This document shows, in pieces, positions 41,676 to 52,681 of a stretch of DNA of 64,000 bases. Below the pieces are notes generated by a model. It ran no database searches. It saw nothing but the letters and a program-made list of their open reading frames with translations, and was not told where the DNA came from. This DNA comes from Alphaproteobacteria bacterium (GTDB taxonomy: Bacteria; Pseudomonadota; Alphaproteobacteria; UBA828). The position numbers and the translations under genes are program-made. Position 1 is the stretch's first letter. Every line of letters begins with the position of its first letter. The stretch is taken from positions 1,408,001-1,472,000 of the forward strand of contig CBDCCI010000002.1 of NCBI GenBank assembly GCA_965214705.1, in the 5' to 3' direction.

Positions 41676-42962
41676 ATGCCTCGATACCTGAAGACCGGCA
41701 TCAGCGATGCCGAGGCGGCGGCGGACGAGAAGGTCCGCCGCGTCGTGGAGGACGCGTTGAACGACATCGCCCGGCGGGGCGATGCGGCGGTGCGCGACAT
41801 GTCGACCAAGTTCGACAGCTGGGAGCGCGAGGATTTCCGGCTGAGCGCGGGCGAGATCGACGCCTGCCTCGCCCGCCTCACGGGGCAGGACCGAGACGAC
41901 ATCCTGTTCGCGCAGGAGCAGATCCGGAACTTCGCGCAGGTCCAGCGCGACGCGCTGCAGGACGTCGAGGTGGAGACCCTGCCCGGCGTGGTGCTCGGCC
42001 ACAAGAACATCCCCGTGAACGCGGTCGGCTGCTACGTGCCCGGCGGCAAGTATCCGCTGCTGGCGTCCGCCCACATGTCGGTGGTGACGGCGAAGGTGGC
42101 GGGGGTCGAGCGCATCGCCACCTGCGCGCCACCCTTCGAAGGCGGGCCTGCGCCCGCAATCGTTGCCGCCCAGCATCTCGCGGGCGCCGACGAGATCTAC
42201 GTCATCGGCGGCATCCAGGCGGTGGGCGCGATGGCGCTGGGGACCGGCAGCATCGCGCCGGTCGACATGCTGGTCGGCCCCGGCAACGCCTTCGTGGCGG
42301 AGGCCAAGCGCCAGCTCTTCGGCCGGGTCGGGATCGACCTGCTGGCGGGTCCGACCGAGACCCTGGTGATCGCCGACGAGAGCGTGGACGGCGAACTCTG
42401 CGCCGCCGACCTTCTCGGCCAGGCCGAGCACGGCCCCACCTCGCCGGCGACGCTGCTGACCAGCTCCGAGAGGCTCGCGCGCGAGACCATGGCAGAGGTC
42501 GAGCGCCAGCTCGCCGTCCTGCCGACGGCCGGGATCGCGGGCCAGGCCTGGCGCGACTACGGCCAGGTGATCGTCTGCGACACGCCTGACGAGATGGTGG
42601 CGGTGGCGGACGAGATCGCCGCCGAGCACGTGCAGGTGATGACCGAGGACTCGGACTGGTTCCTCGAGCGCATGATCAACTACGGCGCGCTCTTCCTCGG
42701 CCCCCGCACCAACGTCTCCTACGGCGACAAGGTGATCGGCACCAACCACACCCTGCCGACGCGCCGGGCCGCGCGTTACACCGGCGGCCTCTGGGTCGGC
42801 ATGTTCCTCAAGACCTGCACCTACCAGCGGGTGCTGACCGACGAGGCCTCGACCATTGTGGGCGAATACTGTTCGCGCCTCTGCGCCCTCGAAGGCTTTG
42901 CCGGGCACAAGGAGCAGGCGGACATCCGCGTGCGCCGTTACGGGGCGAAGAACCTTACTTGA
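41676..42962 (+). CDS. Histidinol dehydrogenase family paralogue (HpsN-like)
   Basis: [36 protein letters not shown]; no his genes nearby. Confidence 0.88.
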   Translation: MPRYLKTGISDAEAAADEKVRRVVEDALNDIARRGDAAVRDMSTKFDSWEREDFRLSAGEIDACLARLTGQDRDDILFAQEQIRNFAQVQRDALQDVEVETLPGVVLGHKNIPVNAVGCYVPGGKYPLLASAHMSVVTAKVAGVERIATCAPPFEGGPAPAIVAAQHLAGADEIYVIGGIQAVGAMALGTGSIAPVDMLVGPGNAFVAEAKRQLFGRVGIDLLAGPTETLVIADESVDGELCAADLLGQAEHGPTSPATLLTSSERLARETMAEVERQLAVLPTAGIAGQAWRDYGQVIVCDTPDEMVAVADEIAAEHVQVMTEDSDWFLERMINYGALFLGPRTNVSYGDKVIGTNHTLPTRRAARYTGGLWVGMFLKTCTYQRVLTDEASTIVGEYCSRLCALEGFAGHKEQADIRVRRYGAKNLT

Positions 42963-43226
42963 TGCTGGTCTGGATTGTTGATCGGCGCGCCGATTCGACG
43001 CCGTGCAACAGTCTGGAATGGGCCGGAGTTTGATTCTTGGTGCTCATTTAGTGAATATTCTTGCGAATTTGGTGTCGCACTCACACTCTAGAGCGCCTCT
43101 AAGCTATTGATGTGAAAAGAATAGACACGTTCCCGCCTCGAAATCTGCTTGTGGTGAGAAATGCGGGCTAGTCCTCACGCCCGCGCGGGATTCGACGTTG
43201 GGCCTTGCAGTGCTACCCGGTAGCCG

Positions 43227-44741
43227 TCACGGCACCATTGGCCCGGCCCACCGATTGAGGCCAACGTCGTCGTCCGCAACACGCAAGTGCATCTCGCGCC
43301 AATATGGCAGCAGCCTGTCGGCGCCTTCGGCCACCCGGGCGAGATCCTGCCGGAACCCGGCAGAGAGGTGACGCACTTCCTCCTTGACCCACTCCTCGTC
43401 GACCGTGAGCACCTTCCCGTTCTCAACGACAACCTCGCCGCCCACCATCGTGAGGACGACGGACGAGCCGTTCTCGCTGTAAATTAGTTGCCGTCGCAAG
43501 TCGTTGAGCGGCGTAAAGGCCGTTGTGTTGAGGTTCAGTAGAATCAGATCGGCTTGGTAGCCTGGTGCTAGCATTCCGAGCTCGTTCTGGAGGCACATCC
43601 CGCGGGCCCCGCCACGAGTCAATGACCACAGAAGCTCGGATGCCTTGGGCCACTTCAGCCAATCCGGCTCCGAAATTCTGTGCATCACACCGGCGGTTTT
43701 TGCTACACCCCAGAGATTGAAGGTGCCATCCACCGCCATGTCATCTATTCCGAGGCCAATGGGAATTCCTCTTTCCCAAAGGCGCCGATAAGGCATGACA
43801 CCGCTACCGATCCACAGGTTGCTTACGGGATTGTGAACCACCGAGCAGCCGCAGTCGGCGATGGCATCAATGTCGTGTTCATCCGCCCAGATGGCGTGAA
43901 TGATCATGACATGTTCGTCCAGGCATCCGAGCTCCTTCGCATATTGGAAGAACGACTTTCCATGTTTATGGAGTGCCAGAACCCTTTGGTACTTCTGTTC
44001 GCCGATATGCATGTCAAACGCCAATCCATGCTTCCGGCTCAAACGAGAAAGCGCCTTGAAGTAATCGGGAGTTACGCGTTCCGGGGTAGATATCGACACC
44101 GCGGCACGCAAGCGACCGCCTCCGGCGCCGTGCCACCGCTCGATATAGCGATCGTACAGTCCTAACAGGTGGTCCGGCGAGATTGCCGCGGCAGACTCGT
44201 CCATTCGCTGCCGAATCTCGTTGGGCAGCATGTCCTTTACGTACGGATACTTCTCGTATTCCGGAACGATGGGATAGGCGATCGTCGCCGTTGCACGCAT
44301 TCCGGAGTCCAGATAGGCCTGCATGGTTCCGTCAATTGAAGCCTCCGTCGGTACCGGCGCGTAATGCGGGTCGTCGTGAACGGCCGTGATGCCGTTCTTC
44401 AGCATTTCGATGGCGCCCCAAAGTGCTCGTACGTAATGGAGATGCCGGTCCGGCGGCTCTGAGCTTCCGTACCCGTAAAGCATGAGCACGGAGAGCGGTA
44501 CGTCCAGATCCACACCGCGCATCAGATTGCTTCCGGAGTGGAGATGTCCGTTGACAAGGCCCGGCATGGCGAGGAGCCCTTCGGCATCGATCACACGCAG
44601 ATCGCGCTCGCTAGCGGAAGGACGGATATCGGGTTCAAGTGCCTCGATCTTCGTCCCGCGGACAAGAATATCGGCCCGTTCAAACTCGGTGTCGTGGTCA
44701 TCCATTGTGAGCACGCGCGCATTCTTGATGAGTACCGCCAT
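43227..44741 (-). CDS. Metal-dependent amidohydrolase/deaminase
   Basis: PGLVNGHLH, HIGE, HNPVSN, GID. Confidence 0.9.
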   Translation of the reverse strand: MAVLIKNARVLTMDDHDTEFERADILVRGTKIEALEPDIRPSASERDLRVIDAEGLLAMPGLVNGHLHSGSNLMRGVDLDVPLSVLMLYGYGSSEPPDRHLHYVRALWGAIEMLKNGITAVHDDPHYAPVPTEASIDGTMQAYLDSGMRATATIAYPIVPEYEKYPYVKDMLPNEIRQRMDESAAAISPDHLLGLYDRYIERWHGAGGGRLRAAVSISTPERVTPDYFKALSRLSRKHGLAFDMHIGEQKYQRVLALHKHGKSFFQYAKELGCLDEHVMIIHAIWADEHDIDAIADCGCSVVHNPVSNLWIGSGVMPYRRLWERGIPIGLGIDDMAVDGTFNLWGVAKTAGVMHRISEPDWLKWPKASELLWSLTRGGARGMCLQNELGMLAPGYQADLILLNLNTTAFTPLNDLRRQLIYSENGSSVVLTMVGGEVVVENGKVLTVDEEWVKEEVRHLSAGFRQDLARVAEGADRLLPYWREMHLRVADDDVGLNRWAGPMVP

Positions 44742-45003
44742 GGCGTCGTCTCCCCTTCGACCGAGCCCGAATCGAGGCTATCACGAATGTTGCCGGGATA
44801 ATCTGCACATCATGCCGGGCGGCCCGCCGCGAGATTTCCGGGTCGAGATCGGACGCTGAGCGATGGGAGACGGTGCGCACCTGATGACCGACGAGAGCGG
44901 AATACCCGGCTCGAATAAAGGGCGGCGAATTGCGTAGGCGCTTCACCCCAACTCACTGTAGAGTCGCACGCTTGAAGCCGTTCGACCGTGCTGGAGCGCA
45001 GTC

Positions 45004-46050
45004 ATGGGCAGGACGGGTGCCGAGCCGCAACGATGGGACGCGACAAGTCCCGCCCGGTCCGGAGATGCCGTCCTTTCGGTCGAGCGTCTGAGGACCTATT
45101 TCGACACGCCGGCCGGCGTGGTGAAGGCGGTGGACGACGTCTCCTTCAGCCTGAACCGGGGGGATATTCTCGCCATCGTCGGCGAGTCCGGCTCGGGCAA
45201 GAGCGTTACCGCCCAGTCGATCATGAAGCTGGTCGCCATGCCGCCTGGCCGATACGCAAGCGGCCAGGTAGTCCTGGACGGGATCGATCTCCTGTCGCAG
45301 AGCGAAAGGGCGCTCGGCGCGATACGCGGCAAGCGCATTTCGATGATTTTTCAGAACCCGCGTGCCGCGCTCAACCCTGCCTTCACCGTCTCGACGCTGA
45401 TGGTGGAGACGCTGCGCCGCCACGATTCTTCGCTCTCGAGAGCGGAGGCGGTCAAGCGCGCTGCGGCCCTGTTACGTGCTGTCGACTTTCCCGATCCCGA
45501 GCGCGTTGCCGCCAGCTATCCCCACCAGATGAGCGGCGGCATGTGCCAGCGGGTAGGTGTGGCGCTGAGCATGGCCTGCGAGCCGGAAGTGCTCATCGCC
45601 GACGAGCCGACGACCGCCCTCGACGTTCTGGTGCAGGCGACGATTCTTCTTCTCCTGAAGCGCGCGCATGCGGAGCGCGGACTCTCGATCATTCTGATCA
45701 CCCACGACTTCGGCGTCCTGCGGGCGCTGGCCACCCGGGTCATCGTCATGTACGCGGGGCAGATACAGGAGCAAGGCCAGGTCGACGACGTTCTCGCCAA
45801 TCCGCAGCACCCTTACACGAAAGCGCTGATCCAGGCGGTGCCTGATCCGGATAGCACCGACCAACGGCTTCACCAGATCGAGGGCCAGCCGCCCGATCTG
45901 CTGAACCTGCCCGCCGGCTGCAGCTTCGCCGATCGCTGCGCCTTCGTCATGCCCAAGTGTCGGAGCGAGCGCCCGGAACTCTACGAGGCCGCTGCGGGGA
46001 CCGACGTTCGCTGTCACTTGTTCGGGCCGGAAGCGAGCGCGCACCAGTGA
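45004..46050 (+). CDS. Peptide/nickel-type ABC ATPase (DppD-like)
   Basis: GESGSGKS, MSGGMCQR, DEPTTALD, HPYT. Confidence 0.93.
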   Translation: MGRTGAEPQRWDATSPARSGDAVLSVERLRTYFDTPAGVVKAVDDVSFSLNRGDILAIVGESGSGKSVTAQSIMKLVAMPPGRYASGQVVLDGIDLLSQSERALGAIRGKRISMIFQNPRAALNPAFTVSTLMVETLRRHDSSLSRAEAVKRAAALLRAVDFPDPERVAASYPHQMSGGMCQRVGVALSMACEPEVLIADEPTTALDVLVQATILLLLKRAHAERGLSIILITHDFGVLRALATRVIVMYAGQIQEQGQVDDVLANPQHPYTKALIQAVPDPDSTDQRLHQIEGQPPDLLNLPAGCSFADRCAFVMPKCRSERPELYEAAAGTDVRCHLFGPEASAHQ

Positions 46051-47156
46051 GCGAGCCCCTCATCAAGGTGCGCGGCCTGCGCAAGGCCTTCCCCGTGCGA
46101 GAGGGAACGGTTCTGCGCAAGAAGGTCGGCGAGATCGTGGCAGTGGACGACATCAGCTTCGATGTCTTCGAGGGCGAGACTCTGGGCTGTGTCGGCGGCT
46201 CGGGTTCTGGGAAGTCCACTCTAGGGAGGCTGATTCTCAACCTGATCCGCGCCGATGTGGGAAGCGTCCAATTCGGCGATGCCGATCTGGTTAGTCTCTC
46301 CCCGGCCGAGATGCGGCCGTACCGCAAGGATCTGCAGATCGTCTTCCAGGACCCCCTGCACACGCTCAACCCGCGGCGCACGGTTGCGGAGAACGTCACG
46401 CGCTCGATGCTCAACTTCGATATCCCGCGCCAGGAGGCCAGGGAGCGGGTCCAGTACCTCTTCGACATCGTCGGCCTCAACCCGGCGCACACCAATCGCT
46501 ACCCGCACGAGTTCAGCGGGGGGCAGTGTCAGCGCATCGGCATCGCCCGCGCGCTGGCTCTTGAGCCGCGCTTTCTCTTTCTGGACGAGCCGGTCTCGGC
46601 GCTCGATGTCTCAATTCAGGGGCAGATCCTCAATCTGTTGAAGGAGCTGCAAGAGACCCTTCAGCTGACTTATCTCTTCGTTTCTCACGACCTGAAGCTC
46701 GTGAAGAATTTCTCCGACCGCATTCTCGTTCTCTATCACGGCCGCGCCGTCGAAATCGGCGGCAGCGACGAGGTCTATCATCAGCCGAAGCATCCCTACA
46801 CCAGGACGCTCCTCGATGCGGTGCTGGGCCTCAAGAAGGACGACGCCTGGGAGAGGGTTGCAAGCCAAACTGGCGTGCTTGCCGATGACGAAGACCTTGA
46901 GAGCGCCATGCGCGCCTCTGCGGCGGCAAGAACCGGCTGCATCTATTCCGGCACCTGCACGGAGCGCTTCGAACCGTGTGCCACGCAGATGCCTGAGCTG
47001 CAGGAACTTGAGGCGGGCCATGCCGTGGCCTGCCATCTTTACGAGGGCTCAAAGAAAGACTGGAACGCGTCGGCGGCCGCCGGGGACGCACGACGTGAAC
47101 GCGAACACGCTCTCCGGCAGGCGCGCGAGGAGAATGCGCGCCAACTCATGACATAA
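46047..47156 (+). CDS. Peptide/nickel-type ABC ATPase (DppF-like)
   Basis: GTG 46047; GSGKST, FSGGQCQR, DEPVSALD. Confidence 0.93.
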   Translation: MSEPLIKVRGLRKAFPVREGTVLRKKVGEIVAVDDISFDVFEGETLGCVGGSGSGKSTLGRLILNLIRADVGSVQFGDADLVSLSPAEMRPYRKDLQIVFQDPLHTLNPRRTVAENVTRSMLNFDIPRQEARERVQYLFDIVGLNPAHTNRYPHEFSGGQCQRIGIARALALEPRFLFLDEPVSALDVSIQGQILNLLKELQETLQLTYLFVSHDLKLVKNFSDRILVLYHGRAVEIGGSDEVYHQPKHPYTRTLLDAVLGLKKDDAWERVASQTGVLADDEDLESAMRASAAARTGCIYSGTCTERFEPCATQMPELQELEAGHAVACHLYEGSKKDWNASAAAGDARREREHALRQAREENARQLMT

Positions 47157-47171
47157 AGGGAGGATAGCATC

Positions 47172-48815
47172 ATGAGAGGGTGGCTAAAGGGAATAGGCCG
47201 GGTGAGCCCGACGTGGCTGTGTCGCCACGCCGTGGGCTTCCTTGCCCTGGTGGCGCTTGCCGCCGGTTCGCTGTTCGCGGCGGACCAACCGGCGCAGGCG
47301 CAGGACAAGACCATCGTTCTTGCCGTGGAAGGCGAGCCCAGTCGTCTCGATCCCCATACACATGTGTTGTGGCTCACCTATCGCGAAACGTTCCACATTT
47401 ACGAAAGCTTCGTGCAGCAAGACCTGACCATCAAGGACGTCGATCGTCCGCCGGTCATTCCCGCTCTTGCCACGAGTTGGGATATCTCCGAGGACAAGCT
47501 GCAATACACGTTCCATCTGCGTGAGGGTGTGACGTTCCACGATGGAACGCCGTGGAACGCCGATGTTGCGAAGTTCAACTTCGATCGGGTCCTCGACAAG
47601 GACTTCGAGCACTTCTACCCGCTGGCCAACGCCTTCAACGGCTGGTGGCACGGCGATATCGAGAGCTACGAAGTCGTCGACGAGTACACGTTCCGGGTCA
47701 ACATGAAGCAGCCGAATTCCGAGTTCATCCGGCGGCTCTCGCAGGGCGGTTTCGGCTCCTCGGGCATGATCAGTCCCAAGGTCGTGGAGACCCACGGCAA
47801 CGAGGAGGCGCATCTGCACGGCATCGGTACCGGCCCGTTCAAGCTGACGGAGCGTGTCTTCGGCGAAAAGATCGTGATGGAGCGCAACGCCGACTATTGG
47901 GACCCCAATCGGATTCCCAGGGTCGGCAGGCTCATCATTCGCGGCATCCCCGATGTCGCGACCCGCGAGCTTGCGCTTCTCACCGGCGAGGTCGATATCA
48001 TTGCCACGCCGTCTCCAGACTCGACGGACTTTCTCGCGTCGCAGGGCATGGTCGTCGACATGGCGCCGATCACGACGATCTACAACCTGTGGGTCAACAC
48101 GCGTCTGAAGCCGCTCGACGACCCACGCGTCCGGCGGGCGCTCTACATGGCGATCGACCGCGAGGGTCTGTGCAAGTATCTGAGGCGCGGCCAGTGCTCG
48201 CCCGCCTACAGCATCTTGAACTATGGCGGGCCGGGCCACGATCCCGACTACCAGCCCTTCCCCTACGACCCGGCTAGGGCGAAGGAGCTGCTGGCGGAGG
48301 CCGGCTATCCGGACGGCTTCGATGTGCGCGTCGATTGGACGCCGGGCGGTGCCGGCGACGTCAACACCGTGGCCGATGCCGAATGGATCCAGCGCGATTG
48401 GGCCCGTATCGGCGTCAATCTGAGCATCGAGCTTTTCGAGATCAGCACCTACATGGACACGATGTCCCAGGGCATGCGTGAGGGCACCGGCTTCATGCAG
48501 CTCTCCTGGGGTGAGAGCGCGTTCCATTGGCTCGACGCCGTCATCTCGCCGGCGGCCTTGCCGCCCAACGGCTTCAATGCCGGGTATTACGACAACCCGA
48601 GGATCGGTGAGCTGCTTTCCATGGCGCGGGCTGCGCTGACCGAAGAAGAGATGGTGGCCCACCTCAGGGAGATCCAACGGATCGTCATCGAGGAAGACAC
48701 GGCCTTCATTCCCACCCACAGCCCGTGGGGAGTCTACGCCATGCGGCCCAATCTCAAGGGCTTCGTGCTTGCGCCGCAGCACTGGCACGACATGGCGATC
48801 GTCGACAAAGAGTAA
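47172..48815 (+). CDS. Family 5 ABC substrate-binding protein
   Basis: Signal peptide; LATSW, LREGVTFHDG, GTGPF. Confidence 0.93.
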   Translation: MRGWLKGIGRVSPTWLCRHAVGFLALVALAAGSLFAADQPAQAQDKTIVLAVEGEPSRLDPHTHVLWLTYRETFHIYESFVQQDLTIKDVDRPPVIPALATSWDISEDKLQYTFHLREGVTFHDGTPWNADVAKFNFDRVLDKDFEHFYPLANAFNGWWHGDIESYEVVDEYTFRVNMKQPNSEFIRRLSQGGFGSSGMISPKVVETHGNEEAHLHGIGTGPFKLTERVFGEKIVMERNADYWDPNRIPRVGRLIIRGIPDVATRELALLTGEVDIIATPSPDSTDFLASQGMVVDMAPITTIYNLWVNTRLKPLDDPRVRRALYMAIDREGLCKYLRRGQCSPAYSILNYGGPGHDPDYQPFPYDPARAKELLAEAGYPDGFDVRVDWTPGGAGDVNTVADAEWIQRDWARIGVNLSIELFEISTYMDTMSQGMREGTGFMQLSWGESAFHWLDAVISPAALPPNGFNAGYYDNPRIGELLSMARAALTEEEMVAHLREIQRIVIEEDTAFIPTHSPWGVYAMRPNLKGFVLAPQHWHDMAIVDKE

Positions 48816-48885
48816 ACAATAAGGTGGGGCGGTCTCGCCGGCGACTTCCTGCCGGCGGGGCCGCTACTGCCCCTCCGAGCCGACC

Positions 48886-49830
48886 ATGCTCAGATTCATT
48901 ATCTGGCGCTTGATTCACGTGGTGCCGGTTCTACTCGGCGTTTCTTTCGTCGTTTTCAGCATTCTCTATCTCATTCCGGGCGACATCGCGACCACGCTGC
49001 TCTCGATGTTCTACACCGAGGAGCGCGCGGCCATGCTGCGCGAGCAGCTCGGCCTGGACAGGCCGATGTTCGTCCAATACGGCCGCTGGCTCTGGGCCGC
49101 GTTGCACGGCGATCTCGGCCAGTCGCTCATGATGCGGATGCCGGTGATGACCGTGCTGCTGGACAAGACCGGCAACTCGCTCATTCTGACCGGTGCAAGT
49201 CTGCTCATCGTCATTCCGGTGAGCTTCCTGATGGGCACCGCGTCTGCGGCCCGTTTTCGCAAGCCCTTCGACCGCTTTACCGTCTTCTTCTCGCTGCTGC
49301 TCGCGAGCATGCCGGTCTTCTGGCTCGGAATTGCGCTGCTCTACCTGTTCGGCGTGCGGATACCGCTCTTCCCCATGTCGGGCATGTACAACATGGCGAA
49401 TCCAGGCGGGATCCTGGACCTGCTTCATCACCTCTTCCTGCCGGCGGTGACCACGGCAGCCACCTCGGTCGCCATCGTGACGCGGGTCACCCGAGGCGCC
49501 ATGCTCGATACGTTGAGCCAGCCCTACATCCTGGCGGCACGGTCGCGCGGATTGCCGGGGTCACGGGTGATCTATCGCCACGGCGTGCGCAATATTTTGC
49601 CGACTTTCTCCAACATGATCGGCCTGCAAATCGGCTATCTCTTCGGCAGCGCCATCTTTTCGGAAATCATCTTCAACTGGCCCGGAATCGGCCTGCAGCT
49701 TTACCAGTCGATCCTGCATCGCGATCTGACAATGGTGCAGGGCTGCGTGCTGGCCGTCGCCATCATATTCGTCCTGGGCAATATGTTGGCCGACATCATC
49801 GTCTACGCCCTCGACACCACCCGGAAGTAG
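48886..49830 (+). CDS. DppB-like permease
   Basis: Transmembrane helices; AARSRGL; IFNWPGIG. Confidence 0.93.
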   Translation: MLRFIIWRLIHVVPVLLGVSFVVFSILYLIPGDIATTLLSMFYTEERAAMLREQLGLDRPMFVQYGRWLWAALHGDLGQSLMMRMPVMTVLLDKTGNSLILTGASLLIVIPVSFLMGTASAARFRKPFDRFTVFFSLLLASMPVFWLGIALLYLFGVRIPLFPMSGMYNMANPGGILDLLHHLFLPAVTTAATSVAIVTRVTRGAMLDTLSQPYILAARSRGLPGSRVIYRHGVRNILPTFSNMIGLQIGYLFGSAIFSEIIFNWPGIGLQLYQSILHRDLTMVQGCVLAVAIIFVLGNMLADIIVYALDTTRK

Positions 49831-49845
49831 CGAGGGCGGCGTCGC

Positions 49846-50775
49846 ATGGCCACGGGCAGGATCAGGAGGAGCAGGGCATCGAAGCGCTCCCGACGCAGCG
49901 TGGAGACGGAGCGCGCGCGGTCGACGCTCTATTTCATCTGGCGCGGCATTCGTAACGATCCCTACGGGATGGCCGGTGCCCTGATCATCCTGGTTCTCGT
50001 CATTTGCGCGCTGTTCGCACCCTATATCGCACCCTACGACCCGCAGTATGCCGACCCGAGGCTGCGGCTGCGCGGTCCGGGAACCGAGGGTCACATCCTG
50101 GGCTTGGACCAGCAGGGGCGGGACATCCTCTCGCGCCTAATCTACGGCACCCGCTACTCGCTCATCGCCGGAGTCACGCCAGTCGTGCTCGGCGGCCTCA
50201 TTTCGATCCCCCTCGGTACCATTGCCGCGTACTATGAGCGTGTCGGCTATTTCATCATGCGCTCCATGGATGTGCTGTTCGCCTTTCCCATGGTGCTGCT
50301 GGCGATCACGCTCTCCTTCTTCATGGGGCCGGGGCTCGGCAATCTGATCATCGCCCTCGTCGTGGTCCTGATCCCCTACAACACGCGCGTCGTCTACGTG
50401 CAGGCGCTGGCGCAGAAGGAGCAGGGCTATATCGAAGCCGCCCGCGCCGATGCGACCAGCGATTTCAAGATTCTATTCGTCGAGATGCTGCCCCACGTCG
50501 TTTCCGCATCGGTCGTCTATTCCATGACCATCGTGGGGACGATCGTGGTGACGGCGGCGGGGTTGAGCTTCCTCGGCCTCGGCGTACAGCCGCCCACGCC
50601 TGAGTGGGGCATCATGACCAGCGACGGCCGCACCGTGCTGCACATCGCCCCCCACGTCTCGACCCTGCCGGGAGTGGCGATCTTTCTCATGGTCACGGGT
50701 TTCAACCTGCTCGGCGACAGCCTGCGCGACGCGCTCGACCCGAAGACACGGCTGGTTCGCGCCGGGGCACGATAG
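49846..50775 (+). CDS. DppC-like permease
   Basis: GRDILSRL; LSFLGLGVQPPTPEWG; NLLGDSLRDALDP. Confidence 0.93.
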   Translation: MATGRIRRSRASKRSRRSVETERARSTLYFIWRGIRNDPYGMAGALIILVLVICALFAPYIAPYDPQYADPRLRLRGPGTEGHILGLDQQGRDILSRLIYGTRYSLIAGVTPVVLGGLISIPLGTIAAYYERVGYFIMRSMDVLFAFPMVLLAITLSFFMGPGLGNLIIALVVVLIPYNTRVVYVQALAQKEQGYIEAARADATSDFKILFVEMLPHVVSASVVYSMTIVGTIVVTAAGLSFLGLGVQPPTPEWGIMTSDGRTVLHIAPHVSTLPGVAIFLMVTGFNLLGDSLRDALDPKTRLVRAGAR

Positions 50776-51002
50776 GGTGACGCGTCGCGGCGGATCGCCA
50801 TGAACCACGAGGACACGCTGCCATGACCAAGACACGATTGATGCCCAAGAATCACTGGGACTGGAGCATGCCCGTGCCGTTTTCGCAGGGGTGGAAGATC
50901 GACGACGTGATCTTCGTCGGCGGTCAGGTCTCCGCCGATGCCCAGGGCCGACCCGTCGGGGCCGGCGACATCGCGGTGCAGACGCGAAACACGTTCGAGT
51001 TC

Positions 51003-52681
51003 GGGTGTAGGTCTGGCATGGCGATCGTAAGTCATTGATTTAGCGCGATTGGCGGGTGGCCGTAGGCAGCCAGAATCGGGTTTTCGTGACAATCGGCCGG
51101 TGCAGGGCCGGATTTTGTCACAACGGCGGCATCCAGCAGTGGTGGGTGGGAACGCTCCGCACCGCGAGATGCGGTAGGATGCCGCGCCGACAACCCAACA
51201 TCAGACCCAACATCAGGAGCGTTCCCATGCCAGTGTCGCAGTCTCTCATCGCCTCGTCCATCGACCTTTTGGGCCTGCCTGCCGAAGTCGCCGAAGCGGT
51301 CGCCCAGGTGGTGGAGTTCTGTCGCGAACAGGCTGGGTCTGACCCGTCTGCCGAGACGTTCGAAACGGTTGAGACGGGGCTGCGGGACGCCATGAACGGC
51401 TTGGGTTGCAAGCTCCTTGGGGCCTTCGCCGAGAGCCGCGACGACGGTGCGAGCCGGATCGAGCGCGACGGACAGAGCTGGGTCCGGGTGGCGGCGACGC
51501 CGAAGACGATCATGACGACGCTCGGTCCCGTGACCTATCGGCGTGCGCGCTATCGCAGCGGCGCGAGCAGCACGTCGCTGGTGCCGGTGGACGAGAGCCT
51601 GGGCCTCATCGACGACTACCTGACGCGGCCGGCGGCGCAGCTCGGGCTGATGATGATGGGCCACTGTACGCCGCGTGAAGCGGAGGAGTTCTTCGCGAAA
51701 ATGGGCGGAATGACGCCGTCGGTGAGCACGCTGCAGCGCCTGGCCCTGAGCATGCATGAGCACTGGGAGAGCGTCGCCCCGGAGACGCTGGCCAGCATCC
51801 GTGAAACCCAGGGCATACCGCCCGATGCGGTCACCGCGTCCGTCTCCCTTGACGGCGTCATGGTGGCGCTGCGGGCCGGCGAGGACGGCCGTGCCGAGGC
51901 GTGCTGGCGCGAGGCCTCTTGCGGCACGGTCTCCTTCCACGACGCCGAGGGCCAACGGCTGAAGACCCTCTATCTCGGCCGTATGCCCGAGAGCGGCAAG
52001 GCCGCGCTGAAAGCGCAACTTGCAAGCGAGGTCGCCCATATCCGCCGTGTGAGCCCGAAGATCAGGATCGGCGCCGTCGCCGACGGGGCCGCCGACAACT
52101 GGACCTTCCTCGAAAGCCTCTCGCCCGAGACCGAGGTCATCGACTTCTGGCACGCTTGCGAGCATCTCCGCGTGGCCTCTGACCATGCGGTGGCGCGCCA
52201 CTGGTTCGAGAAGCACCGCGAAATCCTGCGCCACGACCCCCGCGGCGTCGACAAGGTGATCCGGGCACTGCGCTACCTCCTGGACAGGGCAAAGGGGGAC
52301 CCGGCCGAGATCGAGCGCGAGCTGGCCTTCTTCCGAAAGCACCGCCATCGGATGCGCTACCACGCCCTGAAGGAAGAGGGCATCGCCATCGGCTCGGGTG
52401 TGGTCGAGGCGGCCTGCAAGACCCTCGTCGCGCAGCGCTTGAAACGCTCGGGCATGCGCTGGCGGATCGACGGCGGGCAGGCGGTTCTGACCTTCCGCGC
52501 CCTGATCAAATCCGGCCTCTTCGACCGGGCATGGGATGCGCTCATGGACGCCCGATCCGGACCAGCTAACGACAACATCAGCCCAACCGAAGTCCTGGCA
52601 CTCGCTGCTTGACCAAAATGAACCAGCCCATATCCTTTAGCGCCATCACGACTGGCATATCGCCATACGAGAATCACACCC
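51003..52681 (+). mobile_element. ISKra4-family element
   Basis: Ends GGGTGT...ACACCC; 8-bp duplication TCGAGTTC at 50995-51002 and 52682-52689. Confidence 0.92.
51227..52612 (+). CDS. ISKra4-family transposase
   Basis: SLDG, ADGA, DFWHACEHL, GSGVVEAACK..RLKRSGMRW. Confidence 0.92.
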   Translation: MPVSQSLIASSIDLLGLPAEVAEAVAQVVEFCREQAGSDPSAETFETVETGLRDAMNGLGCKLLGAFAESRDDGASRIERDGQSWVRVAATPKTIMTTLGPVTYRRARYRSGASSTSLVPVDESLGLIDDYLTRPAAQLGLMMMGHCTPREAEEFFAKMGGMTPSVSTLQRLALSMHEHWESVAPETLASIRETQGIPPDAVTASVSLDGVMVALRAGEDGRAEACWREASCGTVSFHDAEGQRLKTLYLGRMPESGKAALKAQLASEVAHIRRVSPKIRIGAVADGAADNWTFLESLSPETEVIDFWHACEHLRVASDHAVARHWFEKHREILRHDPRGVDKVIRALRYLLDRAKGDPAEIERELAFFRKHRHRMRYHALKEEGIAIGSGVVEAACKTLVAQRLKRSGMRWRIDGGQAVLTFRALIKSGLFDRAWDALMDARSGPANDNISPTEVLALAA

